Shown: positions 39,183-48,800 of the stretch, piece by piece | Layout of the letters: every line of letters starts with the position of its first letter | Position numbering within the stretch: the stretch's first letter is position 1 | Origin: a bacterium | GTDB lineage: Bacteria; Patescibacteriota; Microgenomatia; UBA1400; UBA12108 | Length of the DNA: 64,000 bases | Direction of reading: 5' to 3' | Assembly: GCA_021788365.1 (NCBI GenBank) | Contig: JAJYKS010000001.1 | Location: 137,962 to 201,961 of the forward strand | Notes under the pieces: model-generated | Database searches by the model: none | What the model was told of the DNA's origin: nothing | What the model saw: only the letters and a program-made list of their open reading frames with translations | Made by a program: the position numbers and the translations under genes

Positions 39183-39902
39183 ATGAGAAAAGATTATTCT
39201 TTGGTCGCTAAGGAAGTTGGTAAAGAATACGAGTCTCACCCTAACTTAATCGGTATTTTGTGGATTGGCTCCTCTTCTTTTGGGATAACTGATCGCTTTG
39301 CAGATATTGATATTCGTTTATTAATTGATAAATCAAATAAACAATTCCCAATGCAACAATTTGTTAGACATGGAATCAATATTGAAGTAGACGAAATAAG
39401 TTGGGATTGGTTGATGAAAAATCATGCCATTGATAGTGAAGAGCGCTGGATAAGAGAGAAAGGGGTTGTCCTATATGATCCTCATAAGCGAATTGCTAAA
39501 AGATACACATTTTTGAAGAGAAAGATGAGGGTTTCAACCAACAGACAATTATGGGAAGAATTTAAGGATATTTTTTATAGTAACGACATTGAGAATTGTC
39601 TAAGGAGAGATGATATTGTTACCTCCACCCTTTATCTTAATAGAGGAATCGAAAAGATGCTTAAGTTTATCTTTTTGTTTAACGAGAAGCCCGTCCCACC
39701 GTTTAAATGGCGGTGGTATTTTGTACGTCAGGATAAAATTCTTCCATCAAAAATAACTGATTTAATGGAAGATATTATAAAAACTAGTGACTCTATAAAT
39801 AATAAATTGGAAAAATTAATTAGTATAGAAAGAGAGTTTCAAAAACTGATGATAGCAAAGGGATTTCCCAAAGAGCAGGTTATGGAGCATTGGCGGTTTT
39901 AA
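39183..39902 (+). CDS. Pol-beta-superfamily nucleotidyltransferase
   Basis: GSSSFGITDRFADID matches the GSx9-13Dx[DE] NTase motif. Confidence 0.55.
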   Translation: MRKDYSLVAKEVGKEYESHPNLIGILWIGSSSFGITDRFADIDIRLLIDKSNKQFPMQQFVRHGINIEVDEISWDWLMKNHAIDSEERWIREKGVVLYDPHKRIAKRYTFLKRKMRVSTNRQLWEEFKDIFYSNDIENCLRRDDIVTSTLYLNRGIEKMLKFIFLFNEKPVPPFKWRWYFVRQDKILPSKITDLMEDIIKTSDSINNKLEKLISIEREFQKLMIAKGFPKEQVMEHWRF

Positions 39903-39903
39903 A

Positions 39904-41433
39904 TCAAACGTTCCATGTTAAATAGGGATGAAAAAGGTCGATATTTCTGAAAATAGTGCTGTAGAAAATCATAGCTCGTTCATCGTCTCCATCTGCTTCC
40001 CTCAGCTTATCCTTTAACCTTGCTTGCAGTGGACTAATTCTGTGGTTATTACGGTTGAGATAGATTTCAATGTCTCTTCCGAACATTGCCGTCCCCTGGT
40101 TAAGCTTATCCTCAATCTCGGCAAGAAGTGGAACCATGTCATTAAACCCAGATTCGAAATATGGGTGGGTGAAAGCCTGGAAACCATATGATGTAAGGAA
40201 TTCAGGAGGCACATTTAAGAGCCTACCATTTTGTTGCATCTTCTTAAAAACTAGAGTGTCTGGCTCCATCATCATATTAGATACTATGAACCCTGAAGGG
40301 TTCAATTCTTGAAGCTGGTCAATCTCATGTCCTATGTTTTGTCTGCTATGCCAATCGTGACCAATGATAAATGTGGTAGCGATTTTGACACCTGCTGATT
40401 GATATTCCTTAATTTCTTCTTTGAGGTCAACATTATCATTTTTTGCATATGGATTAAGCATTGATTCAACGCCAATATTGACACAGGTAACACATAAATC
40501 TCCCTCAGTTATTTCTGCAGGCGAATATTGTTTTAGTATTTTTGAAGATGTGGTAGTAGCAAGTTCGACCGTATATCCTAAGTTGCGGCATCTCTTAAAT
40601 ATTTCTTTCCAAGTGGGAATATCACCCATACCTTGAGGATCAGCTAAGGAGAGAGAAATGACTTCATCTTCTTTTCCCAGCATTCTGTGTGCATAGTCTA
40701 TGGCTGAAATGATTTCATCTGCAGAATGGGGAGCGGTGAACTTGCCTTTGAATTGTGCCGTGGCTGGGCAGAAGTCACACTGATAGAAGCACCCATAACT
40801 AGACATCATCACGCCTATGGTGCTATTTTTAGCTTGGTTGCTGTAGGTAGTTTGGGTATGAGATGGTACGACGGATACCTTGAGTGGACGGCTGTCTTCG
40901 CCCAATAGCTTTCTTAAATCATCGATTTGGTTACCTTTAAGTGAGTAGTCTGATAATTGTGAAGTCTCCGGGATGGTAGCGCCAACTGCACCAGCTATTA
41001 TTTTTATTTCAGGGTGAACTTTACGTAAATGTTCGCTAATATCCCGAAAAACGCTATAGCCATTAAGGTAGATGGAAACAACTAAAGCTTTAATGTCTGG
41101 CTCATTTTTTAGTGTTTTTTCGAGATTTTCGATTGATATAGGATCTCGAATAACGATCCCATCTTTTTGAGTATTTATATTTAAGAAATTACCTGGTGGA
41201 TTCTCAGGCGCCCACGAAAAGGAAAAATTCTCACCTGCTTGTCTTTCTTTTAAAGCAGATATGTGTTCTTCTAAGAAATTTGCATCATAGAATTGTGGGT
41301 TTCCCCGCTGGATATATTCTCTCCCAACCTGATCAAGGTATTCAAGCTGCTTTGCTCTATTAGTTGTATTGTAGTCATACGATTGAGCGACTCCATATGC
41401 TATGGGACCTTCAATGACTGTCTCTTTTTGCAT
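39904..41433 (-). CDS. B12-binding-domain radical SAM protein (class B)
   Basis: 509 aa; N-terminal Rossmann-like cobalamin-binding region; CFYQCDFC (CxxxCxxC) radical SAM cluster. Confidence 0.7.
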   Translation of the reverse strand: MQKETVIEGPIAYGVAQSYDYNTTNRAKQLEYLDQVGREYIQRGNPQFYDANFLEEHISALKERQAGENFSFSWAPENPPGNFLNINTQKDGIVIRDPISIENLEKTLKNEPDIKALVVSIYLNGYSVFRDISEHLRKVHPEIKIIAGAVGATIPETSQLSDYSLKGNQIDDLRKLLGEDSRPLKVSVVPSHTQTTYSNQAKNSTIGVMMSSYGCFYQCDFCPATAQFKGKFTAPHSADEIISAIDYAHRMLGKEDEVISLSLADPQGMGDIPTWKEIFKRCRNLGYTVELATTTSSKILKQYSPAEITEGDLCVTCVNIGVESMLNPYAKNDNVDLKEEIKEYQSAGVKIATTFIIGHDWHSRQNIGHEIDQLQELNPSGFIVSNMMMEPDTLVFKKMQQNGRLLNVPPEFLTSYGFQAFTHPYFESGFNDMVPLLAEIEDKLNQGTAMFGRDIEIYLNRNNHRISPLQARLKDKLREADGDDERAMIFYSTIFRNIDLFHPYLTWNV

Positions 41434-41532
41434 GTGGTATATTATATACTAACCTTATAAGGTTATATTTATACGTTAAATAAGTCATATACTATAGGGA
41501 GTTGGGTCAAAGTCAATTTCCAGTCAGAGCAA

Positions 41533-42522
41533 ATGAAAAAAATAATATCGAACATACCACCGATGGAATGGGGCAGCGCATCAAAACTCATGGATGACAG
41601 GCCAGCAGTTCTTATTACCAGCCGTACAGCACTGAAAGTATCGCAACCCTTTATAAATAACATTAACATTAATGAAACAGTTATTATTGAAAATAGTCAT
41701 CGCGAGTATGTAGAGTCAATTCAAATTAAAAGACAGGATATCGCTATAGCCTATTTAGTAGGAGCAGGTCAAGTTAATGATATAGGGCGATATCTATCCT
41801 ACAAATGGCAATTGCCTGTAATAAGTATTCCTACCGCGATAACTGCAGATGCTTTTCTAGTAGATTGTACTGGGTTAAGAGAGAACAGAGGAGTAACGTA
41901 TCAGCCATCAAAAAGAGCGAATAAAATTGTACTTGATTGGGAATTGTTAAAAAAAGCACCTTGGAATATCAATGTCAGTGGCTGTGGAGATGTACTATCA
42001 ATTTTTACTGGACTTTGGGACTGGCAACATTTCGATGAATTTTACGATGTGGCTGTAGCAACCGAAGCAAAAGGTATTCTTGATGCTTTAATTAGCCAAA
42101 AAAACTCGATCGTTCGGCCTTCTCAAAAAGCATTGGAAATGCTCGTGAATTGCTTAGCAATGGAAGTTCAGTTGTGTTATCTATATGGTAATAGCAGGCC
42201 AGAAGAAGGTGGTGAGCACTTTTTCGCTTATTGTATAGAAAACAAGATAGGGCATTGTTTGCATGGTGAGATTGTGGGTTTTGGTATCCTTTTGACAGGC
42301 TTCTTGCAAAATCAAGATATAACCCAGATTAAAAACTTTATGGATACGATTAGTATGAGCTATTTACCTAGTAATATTAATGAAAAGGTGGTTATAGATA
42401 CACTAAGAGAACTACCCCAATATGTCAGAGAACAAAATTTGCGTTCTAGCATCTATAATAATTTTAACTATGATCAATCTAAGGAGAAGATAAAGTCTTT
42501 CTTTAAGTTAATAAACCTATGA
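41533..42522 (+). CDS. Dehydroquinate-synthase-like / glycerol-1-phosphate dehydrogenase-like enzyme
   Basis: GAGQVNDIG (GGGxxxD-like NAD motif), ISIPTAITADA and HCLHGEIVGFG metal-binding His motifs of the DHQS/Fe-ADH superfamily. Confidence 0.55.
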   Translation: MKKIISNIPPMEWGSASKLMDDRPAVLITSRTALKVSQPFINNININETVIIENSHREYVESIQIKRQDIAIAYLVGAGQVNDIGRYLSYKWQLPVISIPTAITADAFLVDCTGLRENRGVTYQPSKRANKIVLDWELLKKAPWNINVSGCGDVLSIFTGLWDWQHFDEFYDVAVATEAKGILDALISQKNSIVRPSQKALEMLVNCLAMEVQLCYLYGNSRPEEGGEHFFAYCIENKIGHCLHGEIVGFGILLTGFLQNQDITQIKNFMDTISMSYLPSNINEKVVIDTLRELPQYVREQNLRSSIYNNFNYDQSKEKIKSFFKLINL

Positions 42523-43193
42523 ACATTAAAACTAAATTTAACGAGGAGCTACTAATTGGTTTGGAGCGACAACCAACCAAAAAGGCTGTGCTATTGTTTT
42601 CTGGTGGAATTGATAGCACTGCTGCGGGAATTTTACTGAAAGAAAAAGGCTATCGAGTATTTCCACTATTTATCGATTATGGTCAAAGTTCGTTGGCAGC
42701 AGAACAATTAGTTGTTAACAAAATTGCTATCAAATTAGGTTTTGAGCCTGTTAGAGTCATAACTACTGAATTGCTCAAACAACTAACGAAAAGTAATCTC
42801 TTGGGTAAAGAGGCAGTCGATGATAGCCAAGCTTGGGTTCCAGGAAGAAATACTTTATTCATGATCATTGCCGGCATTTTTGCAAAGCAGGTTGATGCTG
42901 ACGGGGTATGTATTGGTTATATGCTTGATGACAATTTTGTTTTTGGAGATAATGATTATTTTCATCATAAGAATGTTGAGCAATTATTATCCAAGTCTTT
43001 TTTACAACCAATGGAAGTATTTATGCCTATTGTTAGTTACAGGAAAAAGGATTTAGTCACGCTTCTTATGGAGAAAGGCTTGTTAAGTGATACTGTTTCG
43101 TGTTGGAATGCTAAAGTAGTTAGGGGTAAGGTGGTTTCTTGCGGAAGTTGTGCGAATTGTTTAGAGAGAAATAGCTTGTTGGTTGTTAAATAA
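42519..43193 (+). CDS. queC: 7-cyano-7-deazaguanine synthase QueC
   Basis: PP-loop SGGIDST; C-terminal zinc-binding CWNAK...CGSCANC typical of QueC; 4-bp overlap with upstream gene. Confidence 0.85.
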   Translation: MNIKTKFNEELLIGLERQPTKKAVLLFSGGIDSTAAGILLKEKGYRVFPLFIDYGQSSLAAEQLVVNKIAIKLGFEPVRVITTELLKQLTKSNLLGKEAVDDSQAWVPGRNTLFMIIAGIFAKQVDADGVCIGYMLDDNFVFGDNDYFHHKNVEQLLSKSFLQPMEVFMPIVSYRKKDLVTLLMEKGLLSDTVSCWNAKVVRGKVVSCGSCANCLERNSLLVVK

Positions 43194-43223
43194 AATAAAA
43201 ATTATAGCTTTATATGTACCGGT

Positions 43224-43601
43224 ATGGCAGAATTTAAAATCGAAGTTGGAACACGATTTAAAGTAAATCCGGGAGTTTTTAAGAACTCTGGAATAGAAAG
43301 GGTTATCTTAAACCCTAAGCCCCATAACAATCGAGACGAAATTCTTGCCGCCCTATTTGTATCAGAACCTGACTGTATGTTATATCAGTTTCATGAGTTG
43401 TCTGCTGGATATATCTGGAATTTAGGTAAAGTGCCAAAATTGTCGAACGACGAAATTATTCGATATCTAGAAACATCTTTGAGAATCGGTAGGATTTCTG
43501 CTGGACAAATGAGGGATGTTAAACAACAAATCAGAGATGGTATATCAAAAAGGAATATTGTAATTCAGCGATTAGATAGCATTTTGGAAAGAGCTTATTG
43601 A
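43224..43601 (+). CDS. Hypothetical protein
   Basis: 125 aa; no motif. Confidence 0.35.
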   Translation: MAEFKIEVGTRFKVNPGVFKNSGIERVILNPKPHNNRDEILAALFVSEPDCMLYQFHELSAGYIWNLGKVPKLSNDEIIRYLETSLRIGRISAGQMRDVKQQIRDGISKRNIVIQRLDSILERAY

Positions 43602-43659
43602 TTGCTCTCCATTAGTCACAATGTGTGCTGTGCGATATACTCCTAACTACTAATAAAAA

Positions 43660-44295
43660 TTACTGCAATATTGGCTTTAGGCTAGGCATTCCAACTTGTT
43701 TTAGTAGAAGAATATACTTCTTTGCGATTCTATCGAGTTCCTTCAAGGCGTTGTTGTATTTTTCTAAACTTGGCGGATTTGGAACTGATGGATCCCGATG
43801 AGCAATGGCTTTATCGACGTAAGCTTTAATTCCCGAAGTCGCTTCTGACAATATCTTAATATCTTTGTCTATGATCGCGGGATCTAAGAACTGATCACCA
43901 AAATGATTGTTAAACTCTGTTGCCGGTATCCCCCTGATAAAACCAGCTAATTCAGGATTATCTTTGAGAAGACTTGAGTCGGTGAGCCATTCTTTAACAT
44001 ACCAATCTTTCGTAATCAGTGTGTTATTCTTCCTCATTCTTAGCAGGAGTTTCATCAGACTTATTTCGGAAGATTTTTGGTCATTAGTAATTTGTCTTCT
44101 CACGGAGGTTAGCATGTCAGAGTAATGACTTTTCGTTACAGTGGTACGTATATGTGGATCAATATCCGATTCGTGCAATTTTGGAATTGTTATTCTAGTG
44201 AAAACATCCTCTTTATAGAGGATGTCTGTTATTTCTTCTGAAATTATTTCTAGATCGTATTTAAGTTTTTTTATAAATTCTTCTTGCATGCCCAT
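43660..44295 (-). CDS. Hypothetical alpha-helical protein, third gene of helicase-nuclease operon
   Basis: 211 aa; 6-bp gap to upstream nuclease gene; contains an Rx6H stretch (HIRTTVTKSH) that could be HEPN-like (weak). Confidence 0.4.
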   Translation of the reverse strand: MGMQEEFIKKLKYDLEIISEEITDILYKEDVFTRITIPKLHESDIDPHIRTTVTKSHYSDMLTSVRRQITNDQKSSEISLMKLLLRMRKNNTLITKDWYVKEWLTDSSLLKDNPELAGFIRGIPATEFNNHFGDQFLDPAIIDKDIKILSEATSGIKAYVDKAIAHRDPSVPNPPSLEKYNNALKELDRIAKKYILLLKQVGMPSLKPILQ

Positions 44296-44301
44296 AAAAA
44301 C

Positions 44302-45804
44302 TCATTTCGACTTTTCCAGGTAATCTTTTATCACCATCGTGGCCTTACAGTCGTCTTCGTTATAGTCAATAATACGCCGTAATTTAGTTGGGTTTTTATC
44401 TTTTAAGTATTCGTTAAACCACTGAATAGAAAGCGCACCTGATGGAGATATATCACGCCATGAAAACCCAAGGTACTTGGCAATATCTTTGAGAGAGTAA
44501 CTATATAACGGCCAGTCTGTCATCTTGAGAATGTATTGACTATACAAATCGATTGCACGTTCCGGAGACAGCAGGTAATCTAATTCTTCGAGCAAAATTA
44601 CGTCTGGATATTGCTTCTGCATTCTATGGTAGGTTGTAACTTCGTGATGCGAATAGTAATAAAGACACCATTTATCCTGGGGCAGGTTCTTGAGGTAACT
44701 AATAAATCCTTTCCATGCTTGCTCTTCTGCTTCTGGAGTCTTTTCTTTGGCTACGAAAGGGATAAATCTTGAGCCGTTGGGAGACCTCTCGTAGACTCCA
44801 TGAAGATAAACAAAGCTTTGAGTCGGATCATCTTCGATATCGAAATAAAGTTCATAATCAACTTGTGGGAAGTGGATTTCGCCGTTAACTACTGGTTTCT
44901 TGATATCAGCTAGAACCTTTGCTCTAGTTTGTAATTTCTTGAGAGTCGGTTCACCAATTCCCCGTAGAAAGGATTTATTTCCTGCCTTTTTTCCCATCGC
45001 AATGGCAATATCAAGATCACGCAGTTCTTCTACTGTTTTTAGCTCAAGATCATGAGCTAGCGTTCCCCTTATACTTCGGCCCAGGTAAAAGAGTGTTGTT
45101 AAATCGTGATTCTTTGTACACCACCCCTTACAACTATCGTACCAAGGACAGAGCTTACACGCGCCACTTAACGCTGGCTCATTCCTTGCTTCGTTATTTA
45201 ACAGATGTCGTACCTCGTTTTTGGTTTCTTGATATAAATCCCACCAAGTTGCGTGATTGCGAACACCCATTGGCTTACCCAGCTCATACAGAGTCTCATT
45301 GTGATCTATATCGTAGATTATCCCCATCTTATCTTTAGCGAATCCTAGGGCGATAAGCACCTCTGCGTAGAGGGCAAGTTGGACAGCGTAGTGCTTTTTG
45401 GGTTTACCGGGATTTTCCTCTTCTTCGCTGACGCCTTCTAGCCCTCTTCCACTTTTAATATCGATGGGCAAGTACGTTCCATCTGGCATGAGGCGGAGCA
45501 GATCTGGTTCTCCTGCAAGATCGTTATAACGGATATAGCCATGATAAATAAGAGGGGTTTTATTCCTCATTGCCTCTAAAGTACGAGCAAATTGTGTATC
45601 TTTGTCGGGATTGCTCAGATCAAGTATTGCCCCAATACCGCCAATAACATCTTTCTCATGTTGGACACCTTTCTCCCAGAGCATCTCCACAAATGGATTT
45701 GTTTCTTTTATCTTTTCTTCCTGAGGACCATATAAATCTCTCCATGGTCTATGGGGACACTGGAGGTATGCATAGAGCTTGGAGGGTGTTATTAAATAAG
45801 TCAT
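44302..45804 (-). CDS. RecB/Cas4-like PD-(D/E)xK nuclease-domain protein
   Basis: N-terminal YLQCPHRPW Cys motif, MPDGTYLPIDIKSG (PD...DxK core), C-terminal Cys cluster CKLCPWYDSCKGWC (Cas4-like Fe-S). 4-bp ATGA overlap with helicase gene. Confidence 0.55.
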   Translation of the reverse strand: MTYLITPSKLYAYLQCPHRPWRDLYGPQEEKIKETNPFVEMLWEKGVQHEKDVIGGIGAILDLSNPDKDTQFARTLEAMRNKTPLIYHGYIRYNDLAGEPDLLRLMPDGTYLPIDIKSGRGLEGVSEEEENPGKPKKHYAVQLALYAEVLIALGFAKDKMGIIYDIDHNETLYELGKPMGVRNHATWWDLYQETKNEVRHLLNNEARNEPALSGACKLCPWYDSCKGWCTKNHDLTTLFYLGRSIRGTLAHDLELKTVEELRDLDIAIAMGKKAGNKSFLRGIGEPTLKKLQTRAKVLADIKKPVVNGEIHFPQVDYELYFDIEDDPTQSFVYLHGVYERSPNGSRFIPFVAKEKTPEAEEQAWKGFISYLKNLPQDKWCLYYYSHHEVTTYHRMQKQYPDVILLEELDYLLSPERAIDLYSQYILKMTDWPLYSYSLKDIAKYLGFSWRDISPSGALSIQWFNEYLKDKNPTKLRRIIDYNEDDCKATMVIKDYLEKSK

Positions 45805-48800
45805 TTTTCAAATAAATAGTCAGCTTCTAACGCTTTATTCACTATTTTTTCACCATAAGCTTGCTGCTTATCAGTCAGATGACCTTTTCGTGAAAGATAT
45901 ACCCCCAAAGAAAAACAGAATCTATTCTCAAATGAACTAAATTTGCCCGTTGTCTTTCCCCAATGAGCTAGGGCGAACCAATATTCCTTCTTAGTAAAAA
46001 GGTTGGCGGGAATAGTATTAACAAAAAGCCTTGTTTGTTTATCGTTTTTCTTTTTCAATTTTTGTTTAGCTCTCGATATTTTCGGGTTTGACTCTACGAC
46101 TTTTAGTACGGCGTTTGCGTCGGCTTCCTCGGAAGCTAATACCGTGATGTTGGTATCTAATTCTTTGTCTTCGATTGGATATTGTTCTATTTTTCGCTCA
46201 GTATTTGTTGGCTGTTTAGCTAATGACGCTAAGATATTATCAATAGCTTCCTCAGGGTTCCGATAAAATATGCTTGCAGTCAATCGCTCTACATCCCATT
46301 GAGTTATTCTTTCTATAGTAGCTTGGCGCTGGTAGTGTTCAGGTGGCAGTTCACCAGAGTCATCAAACTTAAAATCTCCATCACATTCTAGTGCCAATGT
46401 GCGCCCTTCTTTATCAAAGAGTACCTGGTCTATTCTATAACCACCACATTCAAATTGAGTTACTACATTTATCCCTCTTCCTCTGATAATATTGCAAACG
46501 TCTTCTTCAAACATGCTATCAAAATGATCATCTTTAGGCTTCAGTGGATCAGAATACGTTTCTTGAATATGAATAGCATGTTCCATGAATGACTTAATTA
46601 ATTTACCAGGGAATTGGCTAGGTTTTCTCGAAGTGAAAATTATTGCTTTTCTTCTGGCACGTGTAAAAGCAACATTCATGCGCTTAAAACCTTCTTCATT
46701 TACGCCGCCCTCTATACTGGTTACACTCCCTGCTTTACCGTCTGGAGCTGATCTCATAGAGTATAGGATTACGTCTCTCTCATCACCCTGGAAACCGTCA
46801 ACTGTTCTTGACTGAATACCAAAATTTACGATATCATCTGGCGATAAGTTTTGATAAATAAGTTCGCTTATATAATCAGCTTGCTGTCTAAATGGAGAAA
46901 TAACTCCTAGAGACAGACCATTCATTGAACGATCTGAAACTAATTCTTTAAGTGTTAACAATACCTCATTAGCTTCAATTCTGTTGATCTTAGCTTCGGT
47001 ATCTTCAGATCCGGAGTCTATATACCGCACCTCCATTGGGGGATTGAACCTGTTCTCCCAAATGGGGGTCATGATTTTCATCATATTGTTATAAACATTC
47101 TTATTTGACCAAGCGATGATGGTGGGATCACAACGAAAATGCTCGATTAAGGGGATAGGTGGTGTTGCAGCTTGCGCGAAAGTGAGGAGCGAGAATTCTT
47201 TACAGTCAAAAAATTGAGATTTATCGTGATTTAGCAAATTGTATTTTCGTTGGAGCGTATCCGTAATACCTTTTTGCAAGAAGCGAAGACTTGCGCTCGG
47301 CAATTGCTTTTCATCCCCTACGATAATTGCATTTTTTGCGCGATAAAAGAGATGTGGTATCGCAGTCTGACTGCATTGAGATGACTCATCTACGATTACG
47401 TAGTCGAATAAACCCTTCTGGAGGGGAAAATATCTAGAAATATCATCAATGCTGACAATCCAACAAGGGAAATAATATAGGACTTGAGAAAAATCTATTG
47501 AATCTTTCTTTTTAAGGAAAGAGAGGGTTTTCTTTTTCTTACCCAGGAGTTGTTTTAGCTTCACTAGATTCGCATTCGCCAAACGACTACCACTAGCCTC
47601 ATGAAGCGATTTTAGTCTAGTGAACAAAATATACTTATGAATGAGTGCCTTGTTTTTACTTTCTATTTGCTTGATCGTTTTTGCAATCAACCCAGGAGTT
47701 TCCGTAACTACATCGCCATATAATCGCATTAGCCTGTGACATTCAACAATATTTTCTATTTCAAGCAGTTTTTTTGGTACGGCATAGTTATTTTGAATAA
47801 GGAGCTCTTGAATTATTTTCAAAGATTTTGGAATAGTAAGTAACTTTCCAGCTACGACCTGATAGCGATGGAATTGCTTAAATTTTTCCGTACTATCCTC
47901 AATGCGTCTCAGCATGTCTTGAACAGAAACTGGAGACGTCCAGTCAGGAAGTTCAAGGATTGGTGTACTAGTCGAAGATAGTTTTCTATAGTTGTTTATA
48001 CTTTCGATGCATAATTTTATATCTAACAAAGAACGCTCAGAGTCTATATCAAAAGTTTTATTAAAAAGCTCATCAAGGTTATGCTCTCGTAATTCTGAGA
48101 ACAATTTAAATAGCTTAAGAATATCTTGGAGAAGTTTATAAAAGCTACCATACTCTTTGATATTGCATAATTCAACAGATATTAATTCATATGAAGAGAT
48201 TTCTGTTTTTACGGCCTCTATATTGAGAAGAGTTTTTTTAATGTTTATTATTCCTTCTATCTTTTGTATTAAGAGAGGTTTTACACGCTTGTCTATTTGC
48301 GAAATTCCAAAAATACTGGCTATATACTCATGCGCTAAAACTGATTTTTTATCAACAAACTTAGATAGTAGGTGTAAGCTGGATTTTTTAATTATTTCCA
48401 AGTTCTGTTCTAAGTCGAAAAGAGTGTATCGTGTGTTTTCTGCGAGTGGAAGCAGTTCGTTTAAGTTTGGATGTTTGTCGATACAATAATTGCTAGCTTT
48501 TACTAGTTTAAGCAGCTTATCGTATTCCAGCTTGGAAAGCTTAACGATTTGGTCAACTACTGCTGTCCGGTCGGCAATTAAGGGTACATCATTTTTGAAT
48601 TCTGATATGGTATCTTTATATTTTAATAGTATATCTAGATAGGAAATAACTTTCTTGAAGTCTTTACTTACGCCAAGAATATCTTTGAAAAGCTTAGTGT
48701 CAAAATTTGTTGATGTAGATTTCGTAAGCACCTTGTTTAGATTGCTAGCCATTTTGTTTAAGGTATCGATGTTGACTTCAACTTGCTTAATCGTTAGTTT

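Noticed and set aside
29253-43193. Looked for a TGT/DpdA (queuine-tRNA-ribosyltransferase-like TIM barrel) or QueF in the cluster that would indicate tRNA or DNA 7-deazaguanine insertion
   Set aside because: None of the ORFs shows TGT-like motifs or the QueF Cys/Glu motif. This absence is reported as part of the finding but is not claimed as proof, since such genes could lie outside the window.
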